A stretch of DNA of 64,000 bases, from contig AP026136.1 in the NCBI GenBank assembly GCA_030295235.1, forward strand, positions 124,001-188,000, in the 5' to 3' direction. Within the stretch, counting starts at the first letter, position 1. Each line of letters opens with the position of its first letter. The stretch comes from Fistulifera solaris (taxonomy: Eukaryota). The translations under genes were made by a program, and so were the position numbers. Positions 1 through 13,395 of the stretch are shown piece by piece. The notes below the pieces were generated by a model, which saw only the letters and a list, made by a program, of their open reading frames with translations, was not told the DNA's origin and did no database searches.

Positions 1-506
1 TTGAGCACGGCTTGGACCAACGATCGATTTTTTAACTGAATAAACCAGCCAGTTGGTCGGGCCAACATCGACAGATTCAAGTGCGCCTTTTGAATACACG
101 AGGAGTCATTGTTGAAATGTAGCGATGGAACGGGGTCGATCGAATCCCATGAGGCATCCAAGTCAACAATGCCCCGTTTGTTTTCTCGTTCGAGTGCTAA
201 CTGAACTCCTTCCAACATGGCTTCTAAAGAAGAAGTCGGTGGTATTCCATCGATTTGAATCCAGTTGCTTTGTGCGACGCGTTCTCCAGCTGCCTGCATA
301 TGATCACCCACAATACTTCCTGTCGGTAACCGTTGTTTCTTATTCGTGTTCTTCTTTCTGTGAGATATTGCAGAAGATGGCGTAGGAACGGTCTCGGAGA
401 ATAACAGTCCGGACGACGAAGTGAAAGCAGATAAACAGAGGTGAAGTGGTCTCTTCCATTGCTGTAAACGACTAATAGATCGTCCTGTCTTGAGTAAAAT
501 TGTCAT
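1..506 (-). CDS. Hypothetical protein, 5' part only (runs off the window edge); possible organellar presequence
   Basis: Stop-free frame from ATG at 506 to position 1, absent from the ORF track: MTILLKTGRSISRLQQWKRPL...NWIQIDGIPPTSSLEAML...LSMLARPTGWFIQLKNRSLVQAVL. The N-terminus is rich in R/S/L. Confidence 0.6.
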   Translation of the reverse strand, partial: MTILLKTGRSISRLQQWKRPLHLCLSAFTSSSGLLFSETVPTPSSAISHRKKNTNKKQRLPTGSIVGDHMQAAGERVAQSNWIQIDGIPPTSSLEAMLEGVQLALERENKRGIVDLDASWDSIDPVPSLHFNNDSSCIQKAHLNLSMLARPTGWFIQLKNRSLVQAVL

Positions 507-980
507 TTTCTCTTTTTTGTTGCAATCAGGTAGATAGAAAGACACTATGAGGTTCTTATTGATTTGAAAGAAGATAGAAACTGTTCTTCTGCTTGTAGTC
601 GAAGGAAGACCTCCCGATTTTTTGGATGTGGGAGAAAAACGATGCGCTGCGAGATAAACGATCGTCCTTCGTCCGAGAACTTCAGAAGGCTTAACTAAAA
701 AACAAGGTTGGAAACAAAGGAGATCAAAGACCTAAGTATTTACAATCATTATACTTCTCAAAGTGGACGGAAATGTTAACACCCAGCGCCCAGCGCATCG
801 CGCTGCACCGCAGTTTTCTTTTTGTTGCTATCGAAAACGTCTCGATATTTTCAAGCATTCATATTATTGTTGTCGTGGTGCGAATTGGCCTCTTTTTGCT
901 TGGAGAGGTCTTACCATGAAACACTCCTCTGAACCTATAGATTCAATTTGTTTAGAAAAGGACTTGACTGATTAGGGACG

Positions 981-3958
981 ATGGAGAACAATTTGACTCA
1001 CAACAATCGCAGTGCGTTCTCGCGTGTTGCCGCACCAACCGGTCCATCCTCAACCAACACGAATGCAAAACCACCCTCTCAGGTCACTTTTGAAGGAGAT
1101 CTTTCGGAACAGACAATGGAATCTCGTACGACGTCCTTCCCTTCATCGCCCAGTCGAGGACTCGCGTCTTCGGAAGAAGACAGCGTTGCCGAAATGGACT
1201 ATATGAGCGAAAGTTCGAATGTATCCATCAAAGAAACGGACGTGTCCACGGACGAATACAGTCACAAAAATATCGTACCGCCGAATCGACCCGACGATGG
1301 AGCGTTGCCTGCCGAAGACTCGTTGTTTCGTGTCCCTTCCGCGCGTCAAGTGAAATGGACACCTACCCATGTCGTCAGCAATACCAGCTTGGAAGACGAT
1401 CATCGTCCCCTCTGTCTACCGCGCTTTCGGGATACTCAGACGTGTATTTGGACGGCCTCGCATGCGGCGAATGCCCCCACGGAAGATCGGAGCGCGTATT
1501 TGGTCAACTTGTTGTTGCAACCGCTCCCACCCAATTTTGATTCCGAGACGCAATTACTGCCGTTGGAGCCGGATTATAAGACATTGATTCGACTTAATTT
1601 GTGGTGTGTTGTCGATGGTCATGGGGGTGGCTGTGTGGCGACGTACGCGTCCGAAGTTCTGTTGCCACACATTGCGGCTTCGGTCTCGCGGGCTTTGGGA
1701 TGCGCGATTATTGACCGGGGTGTGTGCGTCGTGAATGGAGAGTTGCGCGATGCGAATGCTCTGGATTTGGATGGGCTCATCACGACATCGGATCGGAGTG
1801 TCTTTAATCCCAATTCAATTCATTATCGGTCTCCTTTTGAACGATCCGATTCGGAGTTGAACGGCGAGGCGGAGCAGAATCTGTCGGAAGTAGACGGTTC
1901 CGTGGAAGCGAGAACGACGGCCTCTATGGCAGACTCCACCGGAAAAGAATCGCAAGATAGTATGACGGCTCCCGCTTCGGTCGATACACCTACAAGGGTG
2001 GCGGGTTCGCACCGTGAAGATGCATCGGCGTCGTCGGTTAAGACATCGGTCAAAACAGCGGCATCTCCTTTAAACAAAGACAATGCAGTTGGCACGCACT
2101 CGCCTCAGGAGGTGGCATCTATTACACGTGCAATCACTGAGTCTTTCTTAGCAGTAGATGAAGGTTGGATCAACTCAATTGATCCGGTGGCCACTCATCA
2201 AAACTCTTGTCAAAGCAATGGGCGGTGGAATTCTGGAGCCTGTGCGCTGGTAGTTTTCACTGTGCAACGACTCGATTGGACCAGTGTATCGGAACCAGAT
2301 CGAGAAAAGGAGATGCGAGGGCCCGATCAGAATGGCCTCAATACTTCTCAGAACAGGGACGCGGCCCGCCGGAGAATGTTGGATTACGCTGCCCGAGCTA
2401 AAAGTGCAAGCTCTATGAGTACGGTTTCGTCTACATCTTCGATAACCACAGAAGAAGCTGTCAATGCATCTGGATTAGAATCGGAGATTACCGAGACCGA
2501 AGGAGAAGACGAGCAGTCCCAAGCCGATGAAACACGGCGGCGCAATCCGCCACGTAAATTTGATCACAGAAAATCATCCAAGAAAGAGTCGATCATTAGC
2601 GCCCCTGGTGGCTGTTCTTGTCATTGTTACAGAGCACATGATGCAATGCTTTACACTGCTCATGTTGGAGACTGTCGCGCTGTTATGCTGGGATCCGCAC
2701 CGCCTCGTACTATCAAAGTGAGGGCCTCCAGACATCCAGATACCACGGATGATGAATCAAGCCATCACAGTAGTGATGAAACGGAATGTTTGAGCAGTAG
2801 TGATCATGACGCTGATAGCAGTGAAGAAGAAGATGTCCAGCCACCACCTGAGGGCAATTCTGCCTCGGCAACAACATCATCGGCCTACAGCCAAATACCC
2901 CGTCGAGTGGCACGACAGAAATCGTCACGCCGACGCAATATTGATGATTCCGCCGGACCATTCATTGCTTTACCGCCACTTGAGAAGCCAGAAGGGCGAG
3001 TTGCTGTGGAAATTAATATTGAATCAGAACTGCTGCAAAAGAGCGACTCACTCGTGCTGCAAAAGAGCCCTCGGATTCTTCAACAGATTCGCAAGATAGC
3101 GAGGAGTCGTTGAATTTGATTCACCTCCCACCTGTCACTCGTCCTATTGATTTAACAACTGACCATTCAGCTTACAACCCTGCTGAGGTAACGGCAGTAC
3201 TTCGTAGGTGCAACAATGCACCAAGAGCTATCTCCGCTGGTGTCGGTGGTGGTATAAAGAGAGTTGCGGGTTCCCTGGCTGTGACCAGAGCATTAGGCGA
3301 TGCATATTTGAAGACTCCATTGCTCTCATTCTTGCCTTACAAGAGTCATGCTCCTTACATAACTGCTCGCCCGGAAGTAAATTGCCGCCCTTTACTAAAA
3401 AGATGGTGATAAGGTGCTGATTCTCGCCACTGACGGCGTGTGGGGTAAGTTTTGAGATTTACATTCCGTTGTGTATTCCTGTCGTTTGTGTTTTTTCTCA
3501 CGTTGTTGGTAGAGCGGGCAAGTGGAGAGGATTGTTTACGGTGGGTTCGGAACTTTTTTGAGGAACGCGTTGCAGAAGCTGAGCGGAGGAATAATCGTAG
3601 GTCGACTCAGGTAGAACGGGTGCTTACGAACGAAGAAAAAGAAACAGCAGCTAAGAATGCCCAAGATGGAGCCGAAAAGGATCTTTTTGAGAAAAATGAG
3701 GTGTTTCCGAGTCTGAGAAAGCGTGGACCTGCGCGAAGCCCTAGTCCGTCGGCGAAACGGCGAAAACGAGGACGACCATTTCGAGTAAGCTACAACGTAG
3801 CGGATGTAATCGCCCGACGCGTTTTAAACAAAGTGCGTCGGGCACGAAATATTTCTAGTCTTCAGGCTCTCATGGCACTACCTCAGGGGCGTGCTCGTCG
3901 ATCAAAGCACGATGACATAACGGCGAGTGTCATTGATCTTTCTGCTTTTGTCTCGTGA
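981..3958 (+). CDS. PP2C/PPM-family protein phosphatase with long low-complexity insertions
   Basis: PPM motifs appear in order: VDGHGG, GACALV, AHVGDCRAV, LTTDH, LAVTRALGD, LILATDGVW, SKHDDITA. Intron 3445-3512 (GTAAGT...TAG). Two single-base indels (about 3028, and the A-run at 3397-3401) join the ORFs. Confidence 0.9.
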
Positions 3959-4044
3959 GTCAGGAGCTACAGCTCGCCTTGAAGCATTTTTTCTTCTCGA
4001 GGCGCTTTAAATTTCAACGCACTTCTTCATTGTAAAAATCATAA

Positions 4045-5949
4045 TTAATTTTGATTATTAGATGTTCCCACCCAAAAACATGTACCAACCTGGGAAAGAT
4101 CCATCATGTTCCTCCACGTTGCCTCGTCTTCTTCTGTCCATGGTATTGTTGTCTTCGGATTCTTTCGTGCTTTGCGTACATTTGATAAGTCACTAGCTTT
4201 CCTGTACCCTCCTTGGATCATAAAAGTAAGAACAGTAGCAGACGACATATTCGCCACAAGCTCAACGGTAATATCTTTTAATCTGGTCCAATCGTTTGGA
4301 TCGTGAAGGTCAAAGCTAGCCCATACCAACCGAGCTCTCCGACTTGGTCCAGCAATCCATGAACACACAGCTTTGTGATTTGATTCTTTTATACTTTCGC
4401 AGCCCAATGCATGTATAGAATTCCGTTGAGAAGTTATGTGCTGTTGGATCCATTCGGACGGTCCGATGCAAACAGTAGTATGTCCGCTCGAAGCAACAGT
4501 ATGAACTCGGTTGATTGGAGTAGCATCCCACATTTGAAAGGAAGGACCAACAATAGCACGTCGTGAGGCCAACTTCAATGCAGTTGCAGCGTCCTCCAGG
4601 CTACAATGAGAGCTCGACTTTTGTATTTGCAACCGGAGAAGGCGCGCAGCTAGAGCTCGCAACGAATATTTGAAGCGCCCACTAGATGGAAGAAATAGAA
4701 TAGCTGTGTCCACGACAGTCCTGTGGACAAAACGCATGGCGCGGAGGTCATTTTCAAGCGAATGGCCTATTAGAATGTCATCGCACTGAATTGTAGCGAC
4801 CAGGGCAGCCTGGACTTGTTCGAGAGTTACGGTAGCATTGTCGATGATATCCTTTGTCATACCTGAGTACATGGTCAAGTAATCTATGACCCGATTGACA
4901 GGCTTGACAATTTCATCAAACACGAGCTTGTATACAATATCTCGCTCTGCAGAATATTCTTCCACTTCGATCAAGGTAATTCGAGCAAGTTCTAGTCCTA
5001 CTTTTGTGCGCACCATTTCGCAGTCGACAGCAAAAACACGATTATGTTTCTCGCCCCACGTTTTGGAAGCTACGTATTGTGTATTGAGCTGCATTTCATT
5101 CTCTTCTACAGGAAAAGAAAATGTCTGAATGAATTTCTTTGCACACTCAAAATCGATATCGGACGGTTTCTTGTCCACAAACTTCGACATGTCGACAGAC
5201 CGTGCCATATCAGAATAGGATGTGAGCGAATCTGACTTTTGGGTTGGGTAGTTCTCTCTTGCCAGCTCGGACGGCTTCAATTTCCAAAGGTACAAGGCGC
5301 TATAGAGGTCCCCTTTGTCTTTCACAGTCTGTCGTTGGGCTGCCTTATCTTTCGATGGCTTAGGCCGCGCTCGGTACATAACAGCACGTGTCATACATGC
5401 CGGCTGCTGATCATCCTGAAACCATCGTACTTTTGTAGAAAAGACGTGCCGTTTGTGTCGAGTCGATAATTCTACAAGATGATCTCGGAAAGATACTTCC
5501 AACGATGATAACTGTTGCAGCGACTCATAACCGCAGTGCAATTCAATAACACATACATGCTCACAAGCATGCGGATTTGTGAGGGTTGCCCAGGAAGGAA
5601 TATTGGGAATCTCGTCGCTCTCACCAAATTTTCGTTTCTTGCCTAAACGCGATTGTGATGACGAAGGATGCATTAGCCGATGAAGAATATCACGGTGATC
5701 GGCACTTTCTACACATCCCTTAGCTTTTCCATGCCTCCAGTGCACACAAGTTCCCACCAGTGACTGATTTGAACCAAAAGCTTTGTGCAGCTCTTGCAAT
5801 TCTAACCATTCCGAATGGGTGGATATTCCGTAAACTTCGGATTTGAGCGTTTCGGGGATATTTGTCGCACGCTTCCATAGCTTCTTGTATCGCTTTTTAT
5901 TTGGTTGCTTATTGATGTATTCGGTATTATCTTCAACAGTACTTGCCAT
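4045..5949 (-). CDS. DEDDh 3'-5' RNA exonuclease, REXO1/Rex1/SDN-like
   Basis: 634-aa ORF with Exo motifs AVDCEMVRT, YSGMT, IGHSLENDLRAM, VVDTA and HCSLEDA. Confidence 0.9.
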   Translation of the reverse strand: MASTVEDNTEYINKQPNKKRYKKLWKRATNIPETLKSEVYGISTHSEWLELQELHKAFGSNQSLVGTCVHWRHGKAKGCVESADHRDILHRLMHPSSSQSRLGKKRKFGESDEIPNIPSWATLTNPHACEHVCVIELHCGYESLQQLSSLEVSFRDHLVELSTRHKRHVFSTKVRWFQDDQQPACMTRAVMYRARPKPSKDKAAQRQTVKDKGDLYSALYLWKLKPSELARENYPTQKSDSLTSYSDMARSVDMSKFVDKKPSDIDFECAKKFIQTFSFPVEENEMQLNTQYVASKTWGEKHNRVFAVDCEMVRTKVGLELARITLIEVEEYSAERDIVYKLVFDEIVKPVNRVIDYLTMYSGMTKDIIDNATVTLEQVQAALVATIQCDDILIGHSLENDLRAMRFVHRTVVDTAILFLPSSGRFKYSLRALAARLLRLQIQKSSSHCSLEDAATALKLASRRAIVGPSFQMWDATPINRVHTVASSGHTTVCIGPSEWIQQHITSQRNSIHALGCESIKESNHKAVCSWIAGPSRRARLVWASFDLHDPNDWTRLKDITVELVANMSSATVLTFMIQGGYRKASDLSNVRKARKNPKTTIPWTEEDEATWRNMMDLSQVGTCFWVGTSNNQN

Positions 5950-6881
5950 GTTCTTCCTTCTTTCTTATTTTTATTATTTCCTGTTAGAACTCTTTGGTAA
6001 CCTTTTGTAAAAACGGATCGAAATGAACGGTGAAGTAAACGACAAAATCATGCCTCATGACTCATGACTAAAATACAGCCATGGTTAATTAAGTAGTTGC
6101 GACAACACTTCGGGCTTATGGTAAATATGCGAGTCAACGATGTGCAAACATTTTAGACATCTTTGATCGATACGGGCTAAATGCTAATAACGATTTTATC
6201 GTTATAAAAAACAATTGTCGAGAAGATTAATTGGAGTTTAGGTATGTTAGGAAGGCACTGACGGAGAAAGGTAGACTTCGCTTCGAAAAAGGGAGACAGA
6301 GTCGATGAAGATTGGCTACGTAATCGAGTAAAGGGTGAACTTTAGATGTAGTTTGGAGTACATGGTATTTCGATTGAGGCACAACTATTTTGAATCTAAT
6401 GAAGCCAACGGAAAAGATTGAACGAGAATCTGTTTGGGACTTTATTTGTGGTCGTCGACTGGACATTTAATCGTTTACCCTTCCCCTTGGTTAATTAGGC
6501 AGTTCAAGGGCTCCAGAGAAAACCGTATGAATATGAGTGCTGAACTTCGCACGGTAGTTGATGACAATCACTGATGTCATGACTGAAACCAAGTCATGAA
6601 GAACTTGGCCACATTTTCGAGGATAGTCAAGAATGGACTGTTGCTGCGGACTTGATGAATGATGACGTGGACACAATCGTGTCACCGCCATGAAAGCCGA
6701 ACATTCTTGTTCAAGCGAATAGAAACTATGGTTAGGTTGAAAAAATTCAAATCTTATTAGCTAAACCATAGAAGGCAACCCGGACGAACCGAAAAAATCT
6801 GACGAATATGAATTGTCTAATGAAGCTATACAGGTATATGTAATAGTGAATGAACGCCTAGAGGAAGTCAGAAATTCTTCA

Positions 6882-7688
6882 TTATGCCGCTGCCGCTACC
6901 AAAGGTGCTTGTAAGAGCATGGTGTTCAGTAAAAACGCGTGTCTTTCTTTTTGAACCTTCTCATCTGTAGAATGTGGTAGTCTTAAAATATACGTGGATA
7001 ATAAATCGAGACAAAGTCTTGATAGGCCATAATTTCCGAGGGAATGATGGATGCATCCAGCATTATTGAGGGCTTGTATCATCACCTCGCTCGATCGCGC
7101 ATCCTCTGGAATCATTTGTGAAAGATTAAAGGCAGTTTCGAATAAACAGAGTGCTTGAATCAAAGAAGATCGAGTCTTCGCTAAAACGTAGGTCAACCCC
7201 ATGTTATAGAGAATGGCGCAAGCTTCAAATGTACACGATGAGGGTTGTAGCAAAGAAACTGGCTTGAGGAGAACGGGTTGTGTCGCGATGAATCCATCAC
7301 ACTCTATTTCGTAGACTGGCGATAGTTTTTCCGGTAAATGGGAAAGGATTTCTTGCGCTTCCCATACGGCTGCGACTCCAATCAGAACGGATGTGGAGGG
7401 CATCCATGACACACGATTCGCAGGAAAGATAGCATTTGATGTAAGGTAACTTGACGAAACATGAGTTGATATTGTTTGAAATGATTGTGAAACAGGATAC
7501 AATATCTGTGCGGCGAGCTTGAGGGCTACAGACGCTTCGCGCAGTTGCCCTGAAAGCATGAGGGCAATGGCCATATTGTTGCAATCGATCGATGCATTCA
7601 TGACAGGACATCGATCGATGAAACAACTGGGCGGTTGCTTTAAAGCATTCGCTAAAGCTAATTTCGCCAAGTAAGCTATTTCGGACAT
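6882..7688 (-). CDS. TPR-like helical hypothetical protein of a type common in diatoms
   Basis: 268-aa ORF with TPR-like helices (CNNMAIALM, ILYNMGLTY, ALNNAGCIHHSLG) and a C-terminal AAAA. The true start may be the Met at 7601. Confidence 0.65.
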   Translation of the reverse strand: MSEIAYLAKLALANALKQPPSCFIDRCPVMNASIDCNNMAIALMLSGQLREASVALKLAAQILYPVSQSFQTISTHVSSSYLTSNAIFPANRVSWMPSTSVLIGVAAVWEAQEILSHLPEKLSPVYEIECDGFIATQPVLLKPVSLLQPSSCTFEACAILYNMGLTYVLAKTRSSLIQALCLFETAFNLSQMIPEDARSSEVMIQALNNAGCIHHSLGNYGLSRLCLDLLSTYILRLPHSTDEKVQKERHAFLLNTMLLQAPLVAAAA

Positions 7689-8527
7689 GTTGGGTTGGTT
7701 TGTGCTAATGATGCGGGAGAGAGTTTCCTGTGTTTGCCTCGGTCAAAGTACCCATCCGCCTGTCCATGATGTCGAGAGAACAAAACAATAAAGAAAGGAA
7801 TGCTCCGATTTTTGTGCACTTTTAGCGTGATGCTCGTTTTGACGCTTAAAGTTTACCAGTGGGACTATAGAGAGCCACGCTATTACCAAAAATACCATCT
7901 CCTGCAGCAGTACGGAACAGACACCCAGACACCATCTCGGCATTCCGAAGGTACCGTTGTACGCACTCATCAATTAAGAAGAAAACATAAAAGAATCGTT
8001 GCTCCTTGCATGGAAGCTAAATAAAAACTGAGTAGGGTGTCGTTGCTTGTTGCTACCAGGTACTGGTACTGCAATCGGGCAATCGGGCTGATGCTTGATC
8101 TCCTGCTCACAAAGTGGGATAAGGAGTGTAATGAATAAAAGTAGTTTGGGCCTTTGAGCTGGATTGACGTTCCAAACGTGAACCGAAGTTCAAGGTTCAA
8201 ACGGAAAAATTGGACCATATTATTTCATCTGTGTTTGTGTTTTATTCATTCAGTCAAATGGCAGAAGAAAGTACTAGAGGGATGTCCATTGGTTTGGTTT
8301 GGGTCCCTAGCCCCTTACTCCAAAACTCATGTGAGAAAGGAAGATTGAATAAGAGAAGGTTTCAGAGATGACGGGTTACCAAATTACTTTGAAGAGGTTG
8401 AAAAAAGCAAGTGGTTGATTTGAAACGACTCCTCATAATTAACTTTCTTGGTAAGTTAAGACATCAAAAAAAGTAACTAATTTAAACAGATAATTTATTT
8501 CCCTGTGATCGATCTCTGCCTTTCGAC

Positions 8528-11500
8528 TTAAATCAAACCAAATTCATCGTCTGACTTGACGTCGAAATCAAAATGCTTCACAGCTTTCGTACCAATGGAG
8601 CGTTTGGCCATCGTCCTAGATGGACTGCCTAGAGGACTTAGTGCACCCACCGTACTTCCGGGCGATGTTGTGAACTGGATACCATGAATGGAGGAGCCGG
8701 AAGATAGGCTATTCTCGATAGTTTCTCCCAAATAATAATTCTTCTGCTTCGACTCTGTGCTCTTTTTCGTGCAGATACCGTACATTGAGGCGTATTTTTC
8801 AGCAGCAGTGCGGGGGGCGGTCTGTTGGCTAGTCGGTCTTTGAGCGAAATAGGATGGACCTGACACTTCACTGTCGTCCGCGCTGTATGTAAAGTTCAAC
8901 GAGTCCGAAGAGACGATAGATGCGCTTTTCTTGACACGATGCAATGCTTGGCCTTTGGGCGAGGTAGGTGCAGCAAGGAATATGCCAGCCTTGATTCTTG
9001 TCGGCTCAGATATCGCACCTTCAACTGTGTCAAGGATGAGCTTTTCTTGCTTACCGCGACGTTTTTTCATAAACCTGCGCTGAACACGAGCGATTTCCAT
9101 GTCGACTTCCCTTTTTACCATGAGGAAAAAACGTTCGATAACGAGAGCGGCATGTTTTTCTTTCCTACAATCAAGCACAACACGCCACCAAAATTGAATA
9201 CGATTTGCAGCCCATGTCTCTCGAATTCCACTCGACTGACCATAGGTGAATATCCGGTCAACTTGCAAGCTGCGAGTCTTTTCCTGTGCTAGATATTTGC
9301 GGACGTGAGACTGTATGATAACAATCGACCCAAGTCGAAATCGAGCTTGGCGGCGGACCATGAAACCTCGGAACAAAGACTGAAATTTCACGATACGGTA
9401 TTGCATAAAGACATAATCGGTGAACATTGAGAATCCTCTCCACGCAGCTTGAATTTTGGCGGCAGCTGTTTGTCGTCTCTGATAGTCAACTCGCTTTCGA
9501 TTCAGTAACTTCTTTGCCAAGAACATCCTCGTCGTTGACTTAATCAGTTTTTAAAGGAAAAAGGGTGAGAAGTCGTTTATTACCTTTAGCGTGTCAAATG
9601 GATTCAAGTCTTACCTGAATAAGAATAGCATTCATCAGCGAAAGCAGCAACTTGTATTGCGCCGAGTATTTTCGAATTTGAGACTGAATAACCATCGCCG
9701 CTTTGTCGCGGCGCATTTGTTCAACTTTCCGAATAGCAAGCCACCTTCGGGCGGTGCGTTGGACATTTACTACATCCACTAACGAAAAAATGTAGTCAGT
9801 GTAGCATTGAAAGCCTCTCCAAGCAGCTTGGATACATCTGGCGGCCTCTGTGCGCCTGAAATTCATAATGGTCCTGTATTCACGCTGCGCTTTCCAACTT
9901 CGGAAGGCAGACTGTAGAATGAGAACGTCCACAATGAAGAACTGATATTGCCTTTGGCAGGACATGCAGCGCCACCATTGCTGCACCTTAGTCGCGGCTA
10001 ATTCCCTGCATTTCTCCTCGAACCGGTGCATTCTCGTTCGGACAAGGAATCCACGAGCTGCAGATTGGGCAACGATAATCCGGAAAACCGTATCGAACGT
10101 TGAGACACAGGCGAGATAGCCGCGGATTACCTTTTGAATCTCAATTGCGGCCATGTGGTTCACCTCTAGCTTTTTTCGAACCTGCGCGCCTCGAAATACC
10201 CTTTGTATGGTTCGTGCAGAACTTTGGTAGGCGAGCAAAGCAGCCTCTGCTTTCCATCGACGCATGTAGCATTGTATCTCAAGAATTCCCCACATTCGGT
10301 CGATTGCTTCGCGCTGGGCGAGAAATCGTCGAGCAGCATTTTGAATCGGCACAGCCGACTTGGATAGAACCCGAATTCCTGCACGATGGATTGGATCGAT
10401 AGTTTCCACTGGTTTGTTCTTGGATTCAACTGCCAAACCCTTAGTCTTCGGTTCCACTCTGCGGAATTTCCCGGACGCGATTCCTTCTTCTCGGCGTCTT
10501 CGGAGAATACTTGCGCCTATTGAAAAGGGGGTTAATTTACGTGGCCCACTACAACCACCCTTTGACACTGCATTCGCACTTTTTTGCTTTAGAATTCGCG
10601 TCCGATTCTTGAATTTTTTATTACGAGCAATGAATGTAGTGTGCGAGACGGAGTTCACCGGAGGTGCCTTTGGTGTCCCAGTTTTCATGAATCGTGGAAT
10701 GTTGTTCCCGACTTTTGCAATATGAGTACGCAATCCATCATCATGACTTTCACGATCCTGGTCACAAGAGCGCCTTTGAGAAGCAGTGCTATCCTCCTTA
10801 ATCTGATTTGAGTTTGTTTGTGTACTGAAACGTGCAGCTTTCATAATGCTAAAGTGTTTGCTCTTGCTCTCTTTTATAACGTGCGTGGAGTCGGTTCGCT
10901 TTTGATCGGAGACGCCATATTCCCTTGCAAGGATCACATCGCTGTCAATTGGATCAGTGCCTGTCCATAGATTAGTTGATACTGTACGCAAAATTCCGGG
11001 AGGAGACCCGTTTACGGTATGGTGGTGGGGTGACAATAAAGGCACATTTTCGTCCTTGGAACTCGGCAATTGAATAACGACGCTGCGACAAGAGACACTT
11101 TGTCGTGGAGGCGGTGGAGGAGGAGGAAGACGATTGTTTTGAGCACGACGAAAGCTAGCAAGTTTCTCGTTCTCCGGCTCAACATCAATCAGCTCCACGC
11201 TATTCAGAGGTGGGTCTGGTGCAAACGACTTTAATGAGGCTTGCATTCTCAAATAATTGAGAGGCGAACCCCTCGACGACTCCTGTATTTCACTCACAGA
11301 AAGCAATTTCTCTCTTGACGAAGCAATGTCGAAATCAAAGGATGGTCGCTTAGTATTGTCCGTTGGAGACGGATCCCTAAGCAAATGACGTGGAGAAGGA
11401 TCACGGAATGAATGAGAAGTGCGTAGATGACTTTCCTTGGTTCCGAACCTCGTAATCTCGGCGTGTCATCTGTCGGGTCGATCGAAGTGCGGCGGGTATT

Positions 11501-12913
11501 TGCTGTTGTAGACGAATCATCTTTTTCAGGTGGATCACTCGTAGAGCCCGCGTACGATGCAACTGTGTCAATGTCCAACTTCTCATGCGCTTGTAAATAT
11601 AGTCCTGTGGGCTCGTGGACTCTCTGACTTCGAATACTTTCGCGTGAATCCGGATCTAACGATCGCCTTCCTAAAGAATTAAATGTTGGGGCAGAAAGTG
11701 TGCTTACTTCGTCGTGCCCATGATAGCGGATAGTCCTTCCACGGTGCAAATTGTCGCCATTTCTTTTTGGCGAGAGACCATTGCCGCCCTTACTTGTAAG
11801 AGTATCAACCCTGGTGTTTTCGTTTCCCTCCCCGACGTCCTCGCTGTTCGATTGATTCACCGGTGCTGTCGTCTCGCTCCTGGTCTCGGTTTGCAATGTA
11901 CTTTCGTCAGACGAACTCAGAACAACAATAGTCTTCTTCTTCTTCCTCCCTGTCAGAAAAAGCTTGCTGAAGAATCCCTTACTAGATGCAGTTTCATCGT
12001 GGTTCGCTTTGTCATCGACATCCTTTTTCATTATCTCCAAAGGAGCGGTCATGCTGCGCTCGAACGTCGTTTTTTTCGGGACACTTTTTGCGACGGCAGT
12101 CTTTTTTCGGTCGAAGCGCCAATCGCCGCAACCGTTTCGGTGTCTTTGGACGCTTTTCTTTTCCGTCGATTGGACTCGTTCCGGTGTTCTAGTCTTCAAG
12201 CGCCTCGTTGGTGGCGTCACGGATCCGTCCTTCTCGTAAGAAGAAGGATTTCCAATCATTTTCGTCGAGTCACTATTTTCTGATTCTGTTGGCGATCTCC
12301 TCGAGGTTGCCGATCCGGAAGCGATTGTTACGGTAGTAGCGGTGACAGAAGACGGCGCCGATTTAATTGAAAGATCATGTTTCTTTCTCACGGCCACGGA
12401 TGGGTCATTCTCTGGCACCGCGTCGAGTACCAGCGTATCTGTGTAATGAATGGCGCGTGTCGTACGCAATCGCTCCGACAGAATGCCTTGTCGCGGTGAA
12501 GCAATGGTAGAAACGGTCAAGTCGTCACTTCGAGTCGCTACCACAGAAGGCAGTGAGGTTTGATGCTTAAGTTGATCCCAGGAATCGTAGCTTTCTAACG
12601 GGTGACGATGGATATTCGGCGGTGTTGTCTTGGCCATTCTCGACACTGGTTGAGAAAGAGTTGATTGAATTTTGTTTGTCGTTTTCAGCACATTAGTCGG
12701 CTGTGGTGGCGGTGGCGGCGGCGGTGGCGGCGGCGGTACAGCAAGAAGAGCTGATAAAATTCGACCATCGTGTTTGTTACTCGATCTCTTCAAAGACGCT
12801 GCTACTTTTCCTTTCATCTTTCTGAGATCACGACGCTCTCTCCTAGGCGACCGCGATGCCGGTGCTTTGCCGTGTGCGAGAATTACAGGTTGCCCCATCG
12901 TTGGAGCGACCAT
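8528..12913 (-). CDS. Large IQ calmodulin-binding repeat protein (ASPM-like IQ array, disordered N-terminus)
   Basis: More than 15 IQ-like motifs (IQNAARRF, IQRVFRG, IQKVIRGY, IQAAWRGF twice, FQSLFRGF and others). Intron 9539-9614. One indel near 11435 joins the two N-terminal ORFs (EPR-ESHLRTSHSFRDPSP). Confidence 0.85.
12703..12737 (-). repeat. (CCG/CCA)n tract encoding poly-proline
   Basis: tgtggtggcggtggcggcggcggtggcggcggcgg on the + strand encodes PPPPPPPPPPP in the IQ protein. Confidence 0.9.
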
Positions 12914-13395
12914 TCTCTGTTGTGTTTTACGTACGAGGGTATTGAATTGCTCGATATAGTCCTGTTCGTGGTGTTGGCTTTATAACTACAAGAGATGGAA
13001 AGTGCAATGAAAAAAATTCAAATTGGGCGATCGCGGTTCTGAGCGATAGAGGTGCGCACACAGCGCTGTTCCCTGTGTAAGTAATCTAAAGTATTTAGAG
13101 GATTTTGCGCGCGGGCCATTACTTTTTTAGCTAAGTTGCAATCATTGAAAATAATTTCAGTAGAGGATAGGATACATACGAATTATACTATTGTTAGGGC
13201 CTCTAAGTCCAGAACCTGATACTCTTTGCGAAGTCGCCCGTCATACATTTTGATACGGTGACTTGGATGCCGAAGATCCAAAATCCAAAGATCTCCCGCC
13301 CCCGGCCCCCCAAGGCTGCATTATTTTATTGATTGTAGTTCACTCTAGAGTGTTGACCTTCTTGGATCGAGTATACAAACATCAATGCTATCAAT

